A DNA stretch of 64,000 nucleotides from Rhizophagus irregularis (taxonomy: Eukaryota). The notes beneath the pieces are model-generated. The model searched no databases. It saw nothing but the letters and a program-made list of their open reading frames with translations, and was not told the DNA's origin. Position numbers and translations under genes: made by a program. How positions within the stretch are numbered: the first letter of the stretch is position 1; every line of letters starts with the position of its first letter. The stretch is from positions 4,526,001 through 4,590,000 of the forward strand of contig NC_089434.1 in the NCBI RefSeq assembly GCF_026210795.1, written 5' to 3'. Below, one piece after another: positions 14,421 through 28,905 of the stretch.

Positions 14421-17400
14421 AGCAGGTGAGTTCGAAGAATTTGTAATCAAGAAGAATGAAACTCTTATATTCATCGGAGAATAAGACATCAAGGAAAAAG
14501 CCGTAACCCATCCTGATATCGGCTGATAACTATTAGTTCAATTTTCTGCTTAGAAGTTGCAGCTGAATGTGCAACGGCATTTTATGCTCTCTGAACACAT
14601 ACAACTAAAAGTGTTTAAGAATAAGATCATCAACTCATCACACATTGTTTGGTGATTATTATGATCACATGCAGTATCGAAGCTGGTATCTATGCAAATC
14701 TAGATGACGATATGTTGTAACCAAAGCCATTAGAAAAGTCGTTTTTTGAGATATATCCTTCTTTAATAGACATTGAAGTATTATCTCCTAAATTAACATA
14801 TTATATCATAAGTCTAGAGCAATAGCAATAGTGTCAAAAGATTTCCCTCTGCAAGCTTATTGGCCAAAAATTCACACATCATATTTAAAAATTCTATTGT
14901 GCTACATTATGCAACATTTTGATATAATTGCTTATAAACTGAGATCGATTCTCTTCGAACTTCACCAATGATGATACCGACTTTGGTCCAACGTTAAGGT
15001 GAGTAGTTTGATCAGATTTTTTTTGAAAAACTTCCACTGGTACTTAGTCCAGAAAAACTACAAGCGAGAAGAAAGCTTGATTGCAGAAAGGAACGTATTG
15101 AACAAAGAATTTCTGCATTGGGAATTTGAATTATAATCAGCGGCTCTATCAGAAGATACATTAGATATAGCCATGTGGTAAGAAGGTTTTCTTTTCAATT
15201 TGATAAATATATATCGACGTAGGTGGAATTAATGTATATAATTTGAAAATTTTTGATTAAAAATCTTATAAATTTTTCACATTAATAATAACAAATACAC
15301 TATATTCTTGTTAAAACAGGGGATTCATTTTGGTCTGGCATAATCAGTTTACGGATCCGATTATCGATTGTCATCTCAGAACAGATATTTGTCATCATCG
15401 AGGTCTGCCTAAGTCACCCTTTCTAGAATTTTGGAAATTAAGGTGTGATTTGAACCTTGTTAAGATTTCTTTTAGCAATTCTTCTCCACTAGGTAATGTA
15501 GGACCCCAAATCTTGTTGTAGTTAAGTCTTTAACTATTAAATCAAAAGATCCAAAGAAGGAGTGTGATTTTGCCAAGCTCCTTTATGAATTTCCAGGCAA
15601 TATAAATCTCTTAGGATCCAAAGACGAATATTAAATGGGAATCTATTGTTCTATAAACCATTTTATAAAATCAATAAAAATTGAATTAAAAAAGTAAGTG
15701 ACCAGTAGTTACGTACCAGTAAAACGGTAAAAATGTAAATCAAATAGTTGTTATTCCATGATCACTAATATTCATGTGGGTTATCTTGAATTCGTTCAAC
15801 TGAGCAAGCGGCTGCGAACAACTGGATCCTCGCTTCTAAAAATAGATTTCACAAATTAAACCGTCCCAACCAGTCCCAATATGATCACGTGAAACAACAC
15901 TGATCTCTAAGCCACCGATCAAAATAATATATTTGATAATTTATAAATTTTTTTCTTTAATTTTCCTTTTTTACTTTAATTCTCTATGCAATATACAGTA
16001 TATTAGCACAAAGACTTTTACTGTAATAAATTTATTGTTTTAACTTAGACGTCGCGCTTTAGATTTTAGAATACAGATCACACAATTTTCTAGAATTACG
16101 CTGTAAATACTAATAAAATGTGTTTCTTAACCTATTAAGAGACGATGAAATGAAATTTTAAGGTAGATATAATGTTTAAAAATTTTTTATTATATAGAAT
16201 TTTCCTTCTTTTATACTAAAATAATCAAAATTTTAAAAATTTATTGCCTCTATGAAATTAGTTTAGAATGTTCAATAATAAGTTTATTTTTACTTAATAA
16301 ATTTTCAGGGTTTTTATTCAGTGCAAATATTATATAATATTTATGTTTAACTATACGATTCAAATATTGCATAGAATTATGTTGAACGTTACTGAAAAGG
16401 ATTATAATAACATTGATTTTAAGAGGATTTCATGTTAAAAAAAAGAGGTAAAATACTTTATATTTTGAGAATCTTTAACTGTTAAGCAAATAGTATTTCT
16501 TTTTTATTTTATTCAATCTAATTTTTCCTCAAATCTTTGATGATAATGATATTATAGCGATCACGATCGAAGTTTTTGTTACAAAGCTGGTTAGTTTCAG
16601 AATATGCCTGATTCTTTATACGCAATTAATTAATGATTGCAATTTAATTAATATATATATATATATATATATTGAATAGTAGATTCCATGACTTAGGCTA
16701 TTGTGTCTATGTCGTTAACCTTACGTGAATTGTCTATCATTTGATTAGCTAGTGATATCATATTTTAATCCTAATAAAGTGGCCTTTATATTCGTTAAGT
16801 TTTCCATATAATTTTGAATGTTTGATTCGTAGCAAAAGATTTGATGAGAGTTTTAAGTAATTGTTATTGACTGTATATATTACAATATCAGCAAAATTGG
16901 TGAAAATAATTTAAATAAAATTTTTTAAACAAGATAATATTCATTATAATATTCATCATAAAATTTTCCTTGTTCTCAATTTCGCGTCATCATTATAGTG
17001 ATTCATTTCCAAAGTACAAAGATCGAATTCATTATACATAATACACAAATTATTTCGTGATAGTGGTGTTATGAGCGAATGAACGTAAAAAAAAAACCAA
17101 AAAAAAAAATAGGGAAAGGCCACCAGCCAATATTACATCATTATAAACCAATTTTTATTTATTTACAATTTGCATTAAATATTTAGACGTTTTATTGTTT
17201 TTAGAGTGATTACATGAGTTACATAAATAAATTTCATGTTTTCGAACCATATGATCCCAAAATTGGATCTAAACGGATCATAATCCAATATTTTTTATTT
17301 GTCTTATCCTTTCAGGGCGAATAATTACATATAAGATCCTAAAAATGATAAATATTTGAATTATAAAATAAAGAACAAAATTCAGTTTATTCTTTGAATG

Positions 17401-20400
17401 AAATCTGTAAAGATGAAAGCTACTTTTTTGCATTAATTACTATCAAAAATATATGAATAATTAATTAATTGGGTGCGCAATTCGAATTTTCGATCCAATC
17501 CATATTTAAATTATTTGAGTTGGATTTAACAGTTGTGAATATGAACAATCCTATTTAGATACCAATCCATGTCCATTGTAGATGGTGTAGTACAGTATAA
17601 GTTATGCTGGTCACTGGATTAATTGATCAAATCAATTTTGTAATCCGTTGGATCAGGCGTTATACAATTTTGTAAACGCACCCCGCATCTTTTTTTTTAC
17701 GTCATCTTGGATACTGATTCTTGTATTTTTATCAAATTGGATCATCTTTAATATCGCTTTTTTTCCTCCAATAATTGATAAGCTTTATTGACTTAAAACA
17801 ACTCACGCTACAGTTATATTAGCGGATCATCCTCTTATATTCATTTTGAAACTGTAATTTCACGTAAATCAACGTTAAATGCGAAAGTCTGACGAAGCAG
17901 TAATTTGTCGAAAGACAATTCTATGCAATATGAAAATTTGTGGTCACGCGATGTTTCTGTCCACTCACGTGATCGTCAACCAATGAATCGCAAGTATTAA
18001 TTTTACCCCGTTGGTTTGATTTATCGAAAATTAATTTATACGTTAGAGCTTCTTGGGGGATTGAATAGCGAATCTAAAATTATGAATTATTCTTCCCATC
18101 TAAAAAATCATAATAACATGTTTTTGTCATCTTAATTTTTTAAAATTTAAACAAAAAAATTTTTAGTGATACGATGATTTTAAATGATTTTTCTAGATTA
18201 TTCAAATAGTGTCATTGTAATTCTAAAAGAAGTTATATTATGATAGAAACTCATTGCGAAATTGTAATTCTAAAAGAAGTTATATTATTAGAAACTATAA
18301 ACTAAATATAACCTAGATCTTGTGTACATATCAGTATATCAAGCATAATGATTAGTCGAATTTTTGCATTACGTTACTTACGTTATTGATATCGTATCAC
18401 TGCATAATTAACAATTACTTTTAGAATTACATTTCTTTTTATGTTAAATGTTAAAAATTAACTTTTTCACTTTTGTTAAAACCTTTTCGGTTAAATTAAT
18501 TCCGTCAAAAAATATGTACTATCCACTCCTCCTTTTTCTTATAAAGATAAGTTAATTGCGCAGAAAAATGAATGTCGTACAAAAGGTCAACTAATTTTTT
18601 TGATGTTGCTCTTGAAAGAAATATTGCAATTTTGCAATTGTGGCTTTATTTCTTGTTAAATGTGGCAAAATTCCCGATATCGAAACGATTATAAAAAGCA
18701 ATTACCGCATCTTCTGTAGAGACTTCATTAATATAAAAACTGTAAAATTATATGATAGATACATTTTTTTTTTTCATATGGTTTGTACTTTTTGAAATTA
18801 ATAGAATTCGACAAATATTTGATAACGAATAATGACACAAGAAAAAAACAAACAAGGGATATTTTTTATCCCTATCTTTATTCCTTTTACAGAATTTCAT
18901 TAAACTGAAAAAGTTCCATTTTATTGTTTATCGATCGGATGTTACGTGTCCCGATTTGTATCCACAATTAGGATTTTATCAATCTATTTGCCATAAATGT
19001 AAAACAAGGTGAGAAAATCATATTTTAAAATTTCGTAATATTTTTTTAAAAAATATTTTTGAGCTTTTAATTCTTTTTATTTATTTTTTTTTTTGTGTAC
19101 CGAAAAAATATATATAAGAAATTGCAAGAATATTTACATTATAACTTTCGATAAATAGTGCATATTGCTCCTTTAAACATTTTCTACATACAATTTGAGT
19201 ATTTCTTTTTAATAAATAAAAATATACTTTACATTGAACTTTTTATTGTAAAAAATATGTAATTGCCAAAATGGGAAACAATAACAAATTTCAAATTCGT
19301 TACTGATTTACTGTAATACTTGGATCGGGTACAAACCAAATATTACACCAATTATTTTCCCTATTCGTGAAAAAGGCTTATCTGTGTGAAAATTTCAATA
19401 AATGATTACTGATTAAGTTTCATTGATGTAACAAATATTATTAAAGTATAATCCTAAACTGGAAGAAATATTTCACATCACGATGGCTTTGATAAATCTT
19501 CGGCATTACAAACCAAACCATATATGGCAATCTATTGTGACACATCGATAGAATCGATAGACGATCACTAAAGTTGAAGCGTTCTTTATAATAAAATTTT
19601 CATGACTCATTTGATTAAAATTTTATCATTGAACGTGTTCACATGGAAGAACATATTCCAACTGTAATATATTATTTATTTTTATAAATTAATTTGAACA
19701 AATTACGACGCGGTAATAATTGAATTCACATTATTTTAGATAGATTAAATAATTTAAATTCAACATTTCAACTGGTAGAATAAAGATAATTATTGTTACT
19801 AATAAGGTTACAATATTTACTTGATAGATGAAACGCCTATTTGCATAAAGTTCGCGGAGGTTCACGGTTATAACAATATTAATTTTGTGTGAAGAAATTC
19901 GTTGTAGAAATTCGTAAAATCTTTCTTTGTTGACTCATGTCACAACTAAACATAAATAGTTTATTTATTATTCTTTTTACGGAATTTCAATGTCTAGAAC
20001 AAATTTATGATTAATAATAAAGTTATTGTTAATTGGTCATGTATTTTTAGTAATAATATTTTTGTCCATTCAAAGATTACAAATATTGTTATTCGTGAAT
20101 GTGAATACCAAATATTTTTCTTATAAAAAAGCTCTGAAATTTCCTCTAGATTTTTTCTTTATTTTTTACAAAAAAAAAAAAATAATATCACACAATAACT
20201 TTCTCACATAACTCCATTATATATTATCAAATATCAAATATTATCTCAATTATACAAATAATATCAATATCATATCTTATTTACTATATATCTTATTTCG
20301 CCTCATCCATCGTCGCCACTATTTACATATTTTAAATTTTATACGTTTTACTATTAGTTCTTTATATTTTTTTATTATTTTATTTTCTTTTATCTTTTAT

Positions 20401-20668
20401 TTCTTTTAATTATTTATTTTATATTACTATTTATAGTTTAATGAATATATTATCTCTTTAATATTTTACACGTTCTTTTAATTCTTTATATTTCTACTTT
20501 TATTTTCTTTATATTTTTCTTTCCTTATATATATATTTTTTTCTTTATTTTTTTACTTTTATTTATTTTATATTTTATATTATATTTATTGGCGTGATGG
20601 AGCCTCCAGGTGGATTAGTTATAGGAAATAAATTAATTCTAAAATCGTATCACGCGTGGAAGAACCGT

Positions 20669-20990
20669 TTTGGACAGGTTATGGGCTCAAAACCTGTCCA
20701 AACAAATACTTTATTTCCTGTCATCACATCAGGAAAAATACTTTCCTGCAGGAAAAAAGTACATTATTTCCTACACACATCAGGAAAAATACTTTTCTTG
20801 AAGACTGAATTCACATCAGGAAAAATACTTTCCTCGAAGACCATACATCAGGAAAAATACTTTATATTCGTTTCCTGAATTCCTGATTGTAATCACCAAG
20901 AACAACTTCGTTTGTATGAAAAGTATTATGGAGAAGAGGAAAAATTCCACGTCGTTTCCCACTAATACATCAAGAAAAATACCACGTCGT
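20669..20990. repeat. 12-bp hairpin followed by five spaced CATCA(G/A)GAAAAATAC repeats (probable subterminal region of a DNA transposon)
   Basis: TTTGGACAGGTT (20669-20680) / AACCTGTCCAAA (20691-20702); repeat copies at about 20727, 20778, 20813, 20846 and 20968. Confidence 0.65.
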
Positions 20991-21494
20991 TTTACAAAAA
21001 CAAGAATTTTCTTATTTTCTTATTATATTATTAATTATTTTTCATTTCATGTATTCATTTTTTTTTTTTTAAATAAAAATAAATTAATTTTGTAATATAA
21101 ATAAACATTTTTAACCTTACAATTTTCTGTATTAAAAATTAAACGTGTCTATAGATTATTTGTCATACTGTACTAATTGACGTGATTACTCATTCTCTAT
21201 CAAAATTTCTTTTTCCGTGGCATTTGATTATTGTCATCACTATATGAAACATATATTAAAAACTTTAACTATTAAATATTATATGCGTACTACTCGCATC
21301 ACAAATGTCCATTTATTGATAATGGATCACTCCTGTACCAAATTTACTATATGATTTGATACATATTTTCAGAAGATTAAAATCAAAATTCAAGCTCAAA
21401 TTTTGCCACATGTATTTATATTTATAATTATATTATATACAAACATTACAATATTTAGATTATAATTGTTATTCATCAATAATATGTTTATTCC

Positions 21495-21600
21495 ACTTGT
21501 CACGTTTTTGGCAGACTGGTTCGCCAGAACATTTTGCTTTTATTTTCTGGCACAATGTTGCACAAGTTGCACGCTATCGTTACCCTTTACCTGGCATATG
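21495..21600 (-). pseudogene. Possible Zn(II)2Cys6 cluster relic
   Basis: Degenerate RATCATLCQ..KAKCSGEPVCQ on the minus strand, frameshifted. Confidence 0.3.
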
Positions 21601-22299
21601 AGTAATATTAAAAAAAATGTAAAAATGTTTAAAAAATAAACTGAGCGTTTATGATTTTTTTTCTTCTAACTGCTAAATTGCAATATTTTATATTTCGCGT
21701 TCATTATGTTTCATTTAATGTTAAATTTGATATATTCTATGGTTCAAGACGTAAACAATCGACGAAAAATAGATACTACATACAAATTTGAAAAAAATTC
21801 AATCGGAAAAAATGTTTTTTCCCAAGTTGTGCATCTTATGAATTCCAAAATCTAATAATTCACTCAGGTAATTAAGGTAATATTTTTTATTTAGTGCTTA
21901 GAAAATAAGATCGGGCCGCAGCTTTGACAAATAAGATTTCAGCTGATCAAAATTAATTTGTAACCAGGGATCTATCATATCGATGTAAAATTTTGATCAT
22001 AATTTGTTCGATCATTCAAATGAAGTATCAGGTATGGTAATATCTTTGGAAACGTGGAATTTAAAGTGCTTAAAGTTTTACAAATTTTGATTCTATTTTT
22101 GACGAAATTTATTTAGGTCAGAAACTTAATTTGTTTTATTAAGATCAAATCGGGGAATTTATATATTAAGATTTATTGATTATGTACGGTATAACGTAAT
22201 AAATTAAATAAATTTGTAAGATGATTTTTCATAGAGAAATGCAGTTACATCAATATATCCCAGTGTGTTTAAAAATACGGAATTTCAAAAAAAAAAACG

Positions 22300-23900
22300 A
22301 GTTAAATTAAAAATTTTGTAAAACCTTTCAGCAATACCAAAATTTGAGAAATGACTGGTTCTTTACTTTTATAGTTAAATCATAACTAAGTCATCTGAGA
22401 ATCCTAAATAATCTATGTTGAAAATTTTCGATCATAAAAATACCATTTGGCAAAAACGTAGTTACAAGTAATTGAAGATCAGGAAAAGAAGCTTTATCCA
22501 AACAGCTTTCCCAATATTCTCACTCTCTCAGTCTACATCACTTCTACCAAAATCATTATTTAGGTCCAATGATTGTAGCTACACTGAACTTGTAAGAAAT
22601 CTTGGATCTATGAGCGTAGCATATGATACCAATATAAATTTTTTTAACTTGGCAGCCTTCTCTGCTACCACGTCACTTAATAGTGGGTATAGTTCTTCCT
22701 CCTCCTCCTCGTCATTATTATTGTCACCATCGCCACCATCATTATCATTATCATCACCATCATCACTATCATCACCATCATCATTATTATCCCCATCATA
22801 ATTATCATTATCGTTATTATTATCACCAATCACCATCATCATAATTATAATTACCACCATTATTTTCATCAAAATATAAACACAAGAACTGCAGGATCCC
22901 AACTTATGGCATAAAAAACAAGTAATATTATCTGGCAAATCTTGGTTAGTTCGAAGAGGTATATTGTCCTCAACTTTCTGATTAAAGGGATGTTCAAATT
23001 TGAGAAGAAATTCTTAGCATTTGGGTAATAACATATTTCTCTAGTAGTATGAAAAGAAAATTGTTTTAAAGTAATAGGATTCTTCCATAAAATTGGTGCC
23101 GTCGTTTCACACCAAGTTCTATTAACTAAAAGACATAAATGAAGAGATTTGCTAATTCTTTTAATATAAAGAAAATTATGTCTCTGTTGAGTTTTGCCAT
23201 TTTTTAAAGAAATTATTACGTCTATCAAAAAGTATATTTTTTTTATTTTATTTTTGTACACAGGAGACACCAGATTTTTCAATTATTAAACTTTCAATAC
23301 CACTTGGCAAAAAACGTAGTTACAAGGAATTGAAGATCCGGAAAAGAAGCTTTATCCAAACATCTTTCCCAATCTAGGATTAATAAATGTGACACATGAT
23401 ACCAACATAAATTTTTTTTAACTTGGCAGCCTTCTTTGCTACCACGTCATTTAATATTTGGTATAGTTCTTCCTCCTCCTCCTCGTCATTATTATTGTCG
23501 CCATCACTACCATATCATCACCATCATCACTGACAATTTCGGTGAAACATTTTCCATATTAAAATAAGTTTCTTTAGCGTGTTTTGATTTTTGTGAAGGT
23601 TGAATAGGAGAAACGTAATGTTTAGACTTAGTGAAGCCTTTTTTTACTTGACTAGTAGTACGAAAAGAAAATTGTTTTACATTATTATATCTATCAAAAA
23701 TTAATTTATAAATTTCTTTTTCTAGTATTTTTTTTATTTTTTTTGTACACAGAATCCTCTTCAATGATTAAAAGGTTTACCCATATCATTAACCAACATG
23801 TATTCGGTCTTCTGGATCATTAGGTTAAAAATGGGTGATAGTATTATAGAGATTTTTACGTATTTCTTGTTTAAAAGTTTAAAGGAAATATTTCCACAAG
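22300..23900 (-). pseudogene. F-box protein relic with internal duplication and acidic trinucleotide tracts
   Basis: SLHLCLLVNRTWCETTAPILWKNP; segment 22447-22740 is duplicated at 23304-23520; GAT/GAC/AAT runs. Confidence 0.7.
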
Positions 23901-24164
23901 ATAGACATCGCTATCCGGCACCAGAATATCTACCAGAACAGTTGTTTATATTTGATAATGTTTTTTATTTTGAATAAAGAATAAAGTTGTAAAGAACATA
24001 TAAAAACGCTGGAATATTACTAAAACATGAAAAAAAAAAACCTAAATTTCGATATGAAAATACCTATATTTCTTGAAATTTAGGTCTTTTTTCTGTTACA
24101 TGGTATCAATTTTGGAGATAAAAAATTATACTGTATAGATTTTTGTCAACTATACAACATTGGA

Positions 24165-24875
24165 GGTATTCTAAGATTCAATTACTCACAATCATGTGTT
24201 TTTATTCATTAATAGTGATTAATATATATCAAGTATTGACCAACCCGCATAAACAATTAAAACCTTTTTTTCCTAAAGCGAAGCTACTCCTCTCGTTCTT
24301 AAAGATAGTTGAATTCATACAGTCAACACTATAAATGTACCACTTATAAGTGCACACTTTAGTTCAGTCCCAAATTTATATGACCTCTAATTATTTACTC
24401 TCTATCCTTTGTAATTTGCACGCTTTTTTCTGGTCCCGGGGGTGCATTTATAGAGTTGACTGTACTTCGCTTTTCAATAGGATATCTGCTACAATAGAAA
24501 AACCCGTTGTTAATAAAAAATAACGTTGAAGGAACCATGGAACAAAGTACAAGTAGCTTTAATGTAATAAAAGAGGAGGTCGAGATATCGGTACATTCAT
24601 TCCAGAAGATAACGATATAACAAATAAAGCAACGCTTCATTCCCCGAAATGTTCATCGACCTATCGTAACTTTACCTTTTTTGTTCTTCAAATAAAGATT
24701 GATTATGTTAAGTATCAGTTAATTTATACTGTTTTTAATATTGTCTTTAAAAGACATGACAAGAGTTATGTGAGACATTAGCTTATTTTAGAGCGTATCA
24801 GAGTGGGTATACCATAAAGATACGCGTACTTTGTTGATGGGTTTGGAGCAAAGAGAGATGTCTGTAACGGGCGCG
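24165..24875. repeat. About 700-bp segment duplicated in inverted orientation at about 36805-37430
   Basis: For example gttgatgggtttggagcaaagagagatgtctg (24833) is the reverse complement of cagacatctctctttgctccaaacccatcaac (36815); the MITE junction is shared. Confidence 0.85.
24320..24462. mobile_element. CAGTC-type (pogo/Tc1-like) MITE, TA TSD
   Basis: TA|CAGTCAACACTATAAATGTACC ... GGTGCATTTATAGAGTTGACTG|TA. Confidence 0.75.
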
Positions 24876-26549
24876 TAGGGCGCGTAATAATATGATCACA
24901 GGGATTCAGACGAGAACTCGTTGATTAGAATGCTCCGAAGCTTCTACTTCACAAGAAACTTCTGCTTCAAAATTTACTTTATATCGCTCTCAATTATTAC
25001 GGCTTAATCGAAAAAAAAAACACCAAATTTAAAAATGAATCAATGTTAATGACTAAGGAAAGAACACAAGCGCTCTAATACAACAAGTTTTACTTTATGA
25101 TTTTCTTCACAAAGATGTTGTTCCTCAATTATTGAACCATCTATAGAACAAACTCCAATAATCCCTATCAACACTTTAAACCAAACATCCGTACGTAAAA
25201 CATGCAGGAAATAGTCCATTATATAGGGAACTTTCCAAAGTTCCAAAACTAGCAGAACTTCTCAAACATTTACGAGAAACGGCGATGAGATGAAAGTAAA
25301 TGGTGATGAACTCCTAGGCATTCGAGAAAAACTACAGAAATAATACCAAAAGCAATAACCGAAAAGCTCTAAAAACAAAGATTGGTGATGATGGTGATTT
25401 TGAGAAGAATAATCAAAGTCACTTTACCTCCCAAGAAAACGAAACGTGAACAAAAATAGTATTATATAATCTTCTAATAATTGTGCGATTAAATCTTCTC
25501 GATGACGAAAATATTACTTCTAATTAAGTTCAAGATAAATCGGTGGGGATCAGTACTATTTCGATAAAAGTTGAAGAAATTAATCGAAAGAAATATCTTA
25601 AAATGCAAAAATGTGCTTTCAATCGAATCTTTTACGCAACCTCCTTCACCACAGTCATCGACTAATAGCAAAATGAACTTGAACATGTCAAGATTCCTTC
25701 CACTGAATCAAAATATAGAATGAGAATTTGCGATATTTGCGATGCACCACCAGAAATATTAGAAATCAATCATTCGGAAACTAAAAATGATTTGCAGAAT
25801 AGATCCAGTATTTCTAATGTCGATGTTTCAACAGAAAATAATTTGAGTTTTCATAAAACTATTTCCGGTTATGGCGGATATAGAAAAAGTTCTTATCAAG
25901 AGAAAGTTTCCAAATGATCTCCCATGTCTACACACCACCTGAAGAAAATCCAAAAGATTTATTGCGAAGAAATGATTCATCAATGTCATTCTCAACATCA
26001 TCACCATTTGATGATGGTTCGTCCAGCACAGACAGAATTGTGCCGATCAAACTAAAACAAACACCATCTAAAAAAAAAAGCAAAGAAATCAAAAGCTAAA
26101 CGAAAACATCAAACAAATTCAAAAAATTCAGAGCCACGAAAGATCTTGTTATAATTCCTATAGTTGTCATGCCAACTCTCTTCTATGAAATTCTCTGATT
26201 TTGATAAATAATATTGCACAGTTAAATCTTGATTTGGATATACTTGAACGAGCGCTATTGTAAGAAATGTAGAGGTGATTTGGTTGAGGCAAGAACGAGA
26301 AACGCGCATGAAACTGAAGACTTTCTGCTGGCGATCTATCTATGGAATTAAAAGATATTAGGCGCCGTGTTACTTTATAAATTTTTAAAATTTTAAAACT
26401 TCGTATGTTGTGATCAAACAGGATTCAAGACCAAGGAAAACGGAATAATTTTCTTCATGTTAATACAAAAAAATCTCAATCCAAGATTTCTAAATCCAAA
26501 GCTTCTATTACTGCAGTCGCTTGTTGCTCAATTATGTACAGAAATATGG

Positions 26550-27050
26550 CAATCAAAATCTCGATATGAAAAGCAAGTGGGATAGGAAAGGGGTCAAATA
26601 TAAGAGTAAAGAATGGATAGCTGCAATGTTAATTGTGGAATCTTGGAATCGGAAAGACATCATTTGTTCATCTTGTTAAAACTTATTGTTTAAAAGTATA
26701 AAAAGGAAACCAATTCTCCTCTGGAAATAGATCCATTAGGAGATTTTGGTTTTCTTTTAGTCTATTCTAATTGTAGTTTATTGTAGTGGGAGAGCGGTAC
26801 TTCTTTAACAATTGCAAGTACTCAAGGATGCAAAATGGTTCTTAATTCCGGTGGCATGACATTCGAAATAAAAAAAAGTGGAGTCCGTTGTCAAAGTAGC
26901 AACAAAAAAATACATTGATTATGGTTTTTTCAGCCACTCAATGATAAAGCTGGAAAGAAATACTTATCTTAATGGGTAAAATTAATGATATACTTTACTG
27001 GTGGTAGAGTAGTATCGCCGAACTAATTAAATTGATCAAGAAAACAAGTA
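26550..27050 (+). mobile_element. Possible, highly decayed Crypton-type tyrosine recombinase relic
   Basis: Scattered fragments (MKSK..KGSN, NSPL..RRFWF, GERY, GKKYLS.WVKLM) in Crypton-like order across several frames; weak. Confidence 0.25.
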
Positions 27051-28096
27051 TCTTCACTCAATGCTCAAAAACTCAAATCGTCAAGGCTCAATAATTATGA
27101 CAATTGTAACGAGAGAGAATTTCCAACAGATGTGGACGAATTTATTCGAGAAGATAATACCGATTTTTAACTTGTTATCCGCATGGAAAGTTTACCATGA
27201 TAGTATTGATATGATGAAACAAAGTCATTAAATAAAAAGATACTTTAAAGAACATGCATCTCTAAAAGCATGAGTAAACATAAAGGAATTGATAATTAAT
27301 CGTTATAACTTGTCTTATACAACAGGGTATGGTCATAGCTGGTGCTGGTGCTCTTAATGCATAATTTGGTGTAAAGAAGTTTGGTATTTGATGCCTTAAC
27401 TAAGACTTTACGAAAAAAACATTTACACTAAGAAACTGGCAAAGAATTATCGTAAACCAATGAAACTTGTCTTTATAAACTCTTAATTTGTGACACGAAA
27501 TATGATATAATGATATAAATGATATAAGCATTGTAAAAAAAAAAGTTTATAAAATTAAAAGTGATGTATTTAAAGTTTACAAATAGTAACATCATCAATC
27601 AAATATATGAATGATATGTGAATGGTATGTTTGGATACCAAATTGTAGCGGATGATTCTATTACAATAACTTATTGAGATAAGGAAATATTGCTGGAATA
27701 ATACCCATAATGGCAAGTATAATGCCATCTAATCTTGCAAGTGATTACAGAGAATTTCGCTTTGTCTATTCTAATATAATTTTGAATTCCGGCCCCAACG
27801 TAGCGACTAGCGAAGCGAGGAATTGACAAATCACGTGAGGATTCGTTGTCACGTGAGTCATTTCTGATTGGATAAAACACGTTCGTTTTTTTTTTTTAAT
27901 AACGCAACTTCGCCTTTTTATAAAATTTTCTCTTCATTATATACGAATTTTTATATCAAATAATTTTGTCTGTTTAAATATCCATCTGTTGCTTTTTTGT
28001 CTCATCTCAAGATATATCACCTCAAGATATATCATTCCTTATATAATGAAAGTAACAAATCATCAAAAATTTTTGAAAGTTATGAATTGCTTTTTC

Positions 28097-28306
28097 GTCT
28101 CATCTCAAAACATATCATCGCGAGATATAAAGCATATCGTTTCATCTCAAAACATATCATCGCGAGATATACAGTATATTGTCTCATCTCAAAACATATC
28201 ATCGCGAGATATACAGTTTATTGTCTCATCTCAAAACATATCATCGCGAGATATACAGTTTATTGTCTCATCTCAAAACATATCATCGCGAGATATACAG
28301 TATATA
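28097..28306. repeat. 42-bp tandem minisatellite x5, lying inside an about 457-bp-offset direct duplication (27918-28040 similar to 28374-28520)
   Basis: Unit gtctcatctcaaaacatatcatcgcgagatatacagt(a/t)tatt at 28097, 28139, 28181, 28223 and 28265. Confidence 0.95.
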
Positions 28307-28778
28307 TTACATCTCAAAATATATTTAAGATACATCATCTCAAGATATATCACCTCAAGATATATCATTCCTTTATATAAAATTTTCTCTTCATTATATA
28401 CGAATTTTTATATCAAATAATTTTGTCTGTTTATTATCCATCTGTTGCTTTTTTGTCTCATCTCAAAATGTATCATCTCAAAATACATCTCTCCAAGATA
28501 TATCAACTCAAGATATATCATTTATTTATGAAGAACTGAAGGGTTAAAACTTTATACTACTTACCTCTTAATTTTCAAGCAATATTAATGATGTATTAAG
28601 TAATATTGGATCAAAGATATCATGTAATTAATAAAATTTTTTATGTTTTTTGTTTTCAAAATTATTTTTTTTTTTGAATTTATTTATTTGACATTAATAA
28701 TAGCTGTAGTAGCGTTGTCACAATTACCCTTAACAACTTTGATTGATTATACTAACAATAACTTAATTTGGTTTATAG

Positions 28779-28905
28779 CTGTCGCTCCTTAAGCTGTCGC
28801 TCTTTAAGCTGTCACTCTTCAAACTGTCGCTCATAAGCTGTCGTTTATCAAAATGATAATGTATGCGTATATTGTAAAAAGGTTGGGCATTGGATTAATG
28901 AAGGT
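28779..28905 (+). pseudogene. About 15-bp repeat x5 followed by a degenerate CCHC zinc knuckle
   Basis: gctgtcgctc(c/t)(t)taa repeats; CVYCKKVGHWINEG with the last Cys lost. Confidence 0.45.

Noticed and set aside
14500..20400. Coding-like patches and AT-rich DNA
   Set aside because: No motif or ORF that I can support
20727..20990. Repeat-spacer pattern as a CRISPR array
   Set aside because: Repeats too short, spacing irregular, spacers related to each other, eukaryotic context
22472..22801. Ser-rich 109-aa ORF
   Set aside because: Antisense reading of the acidic microsatellite in the F-box relic
27989..28420. 143-aa and 127-aa repetitive ORFs, and a CRISPR-like appearance
   Set aside because: Stop-free translations of a 42-bp tandem repeat; no unique spacers and no cas genes
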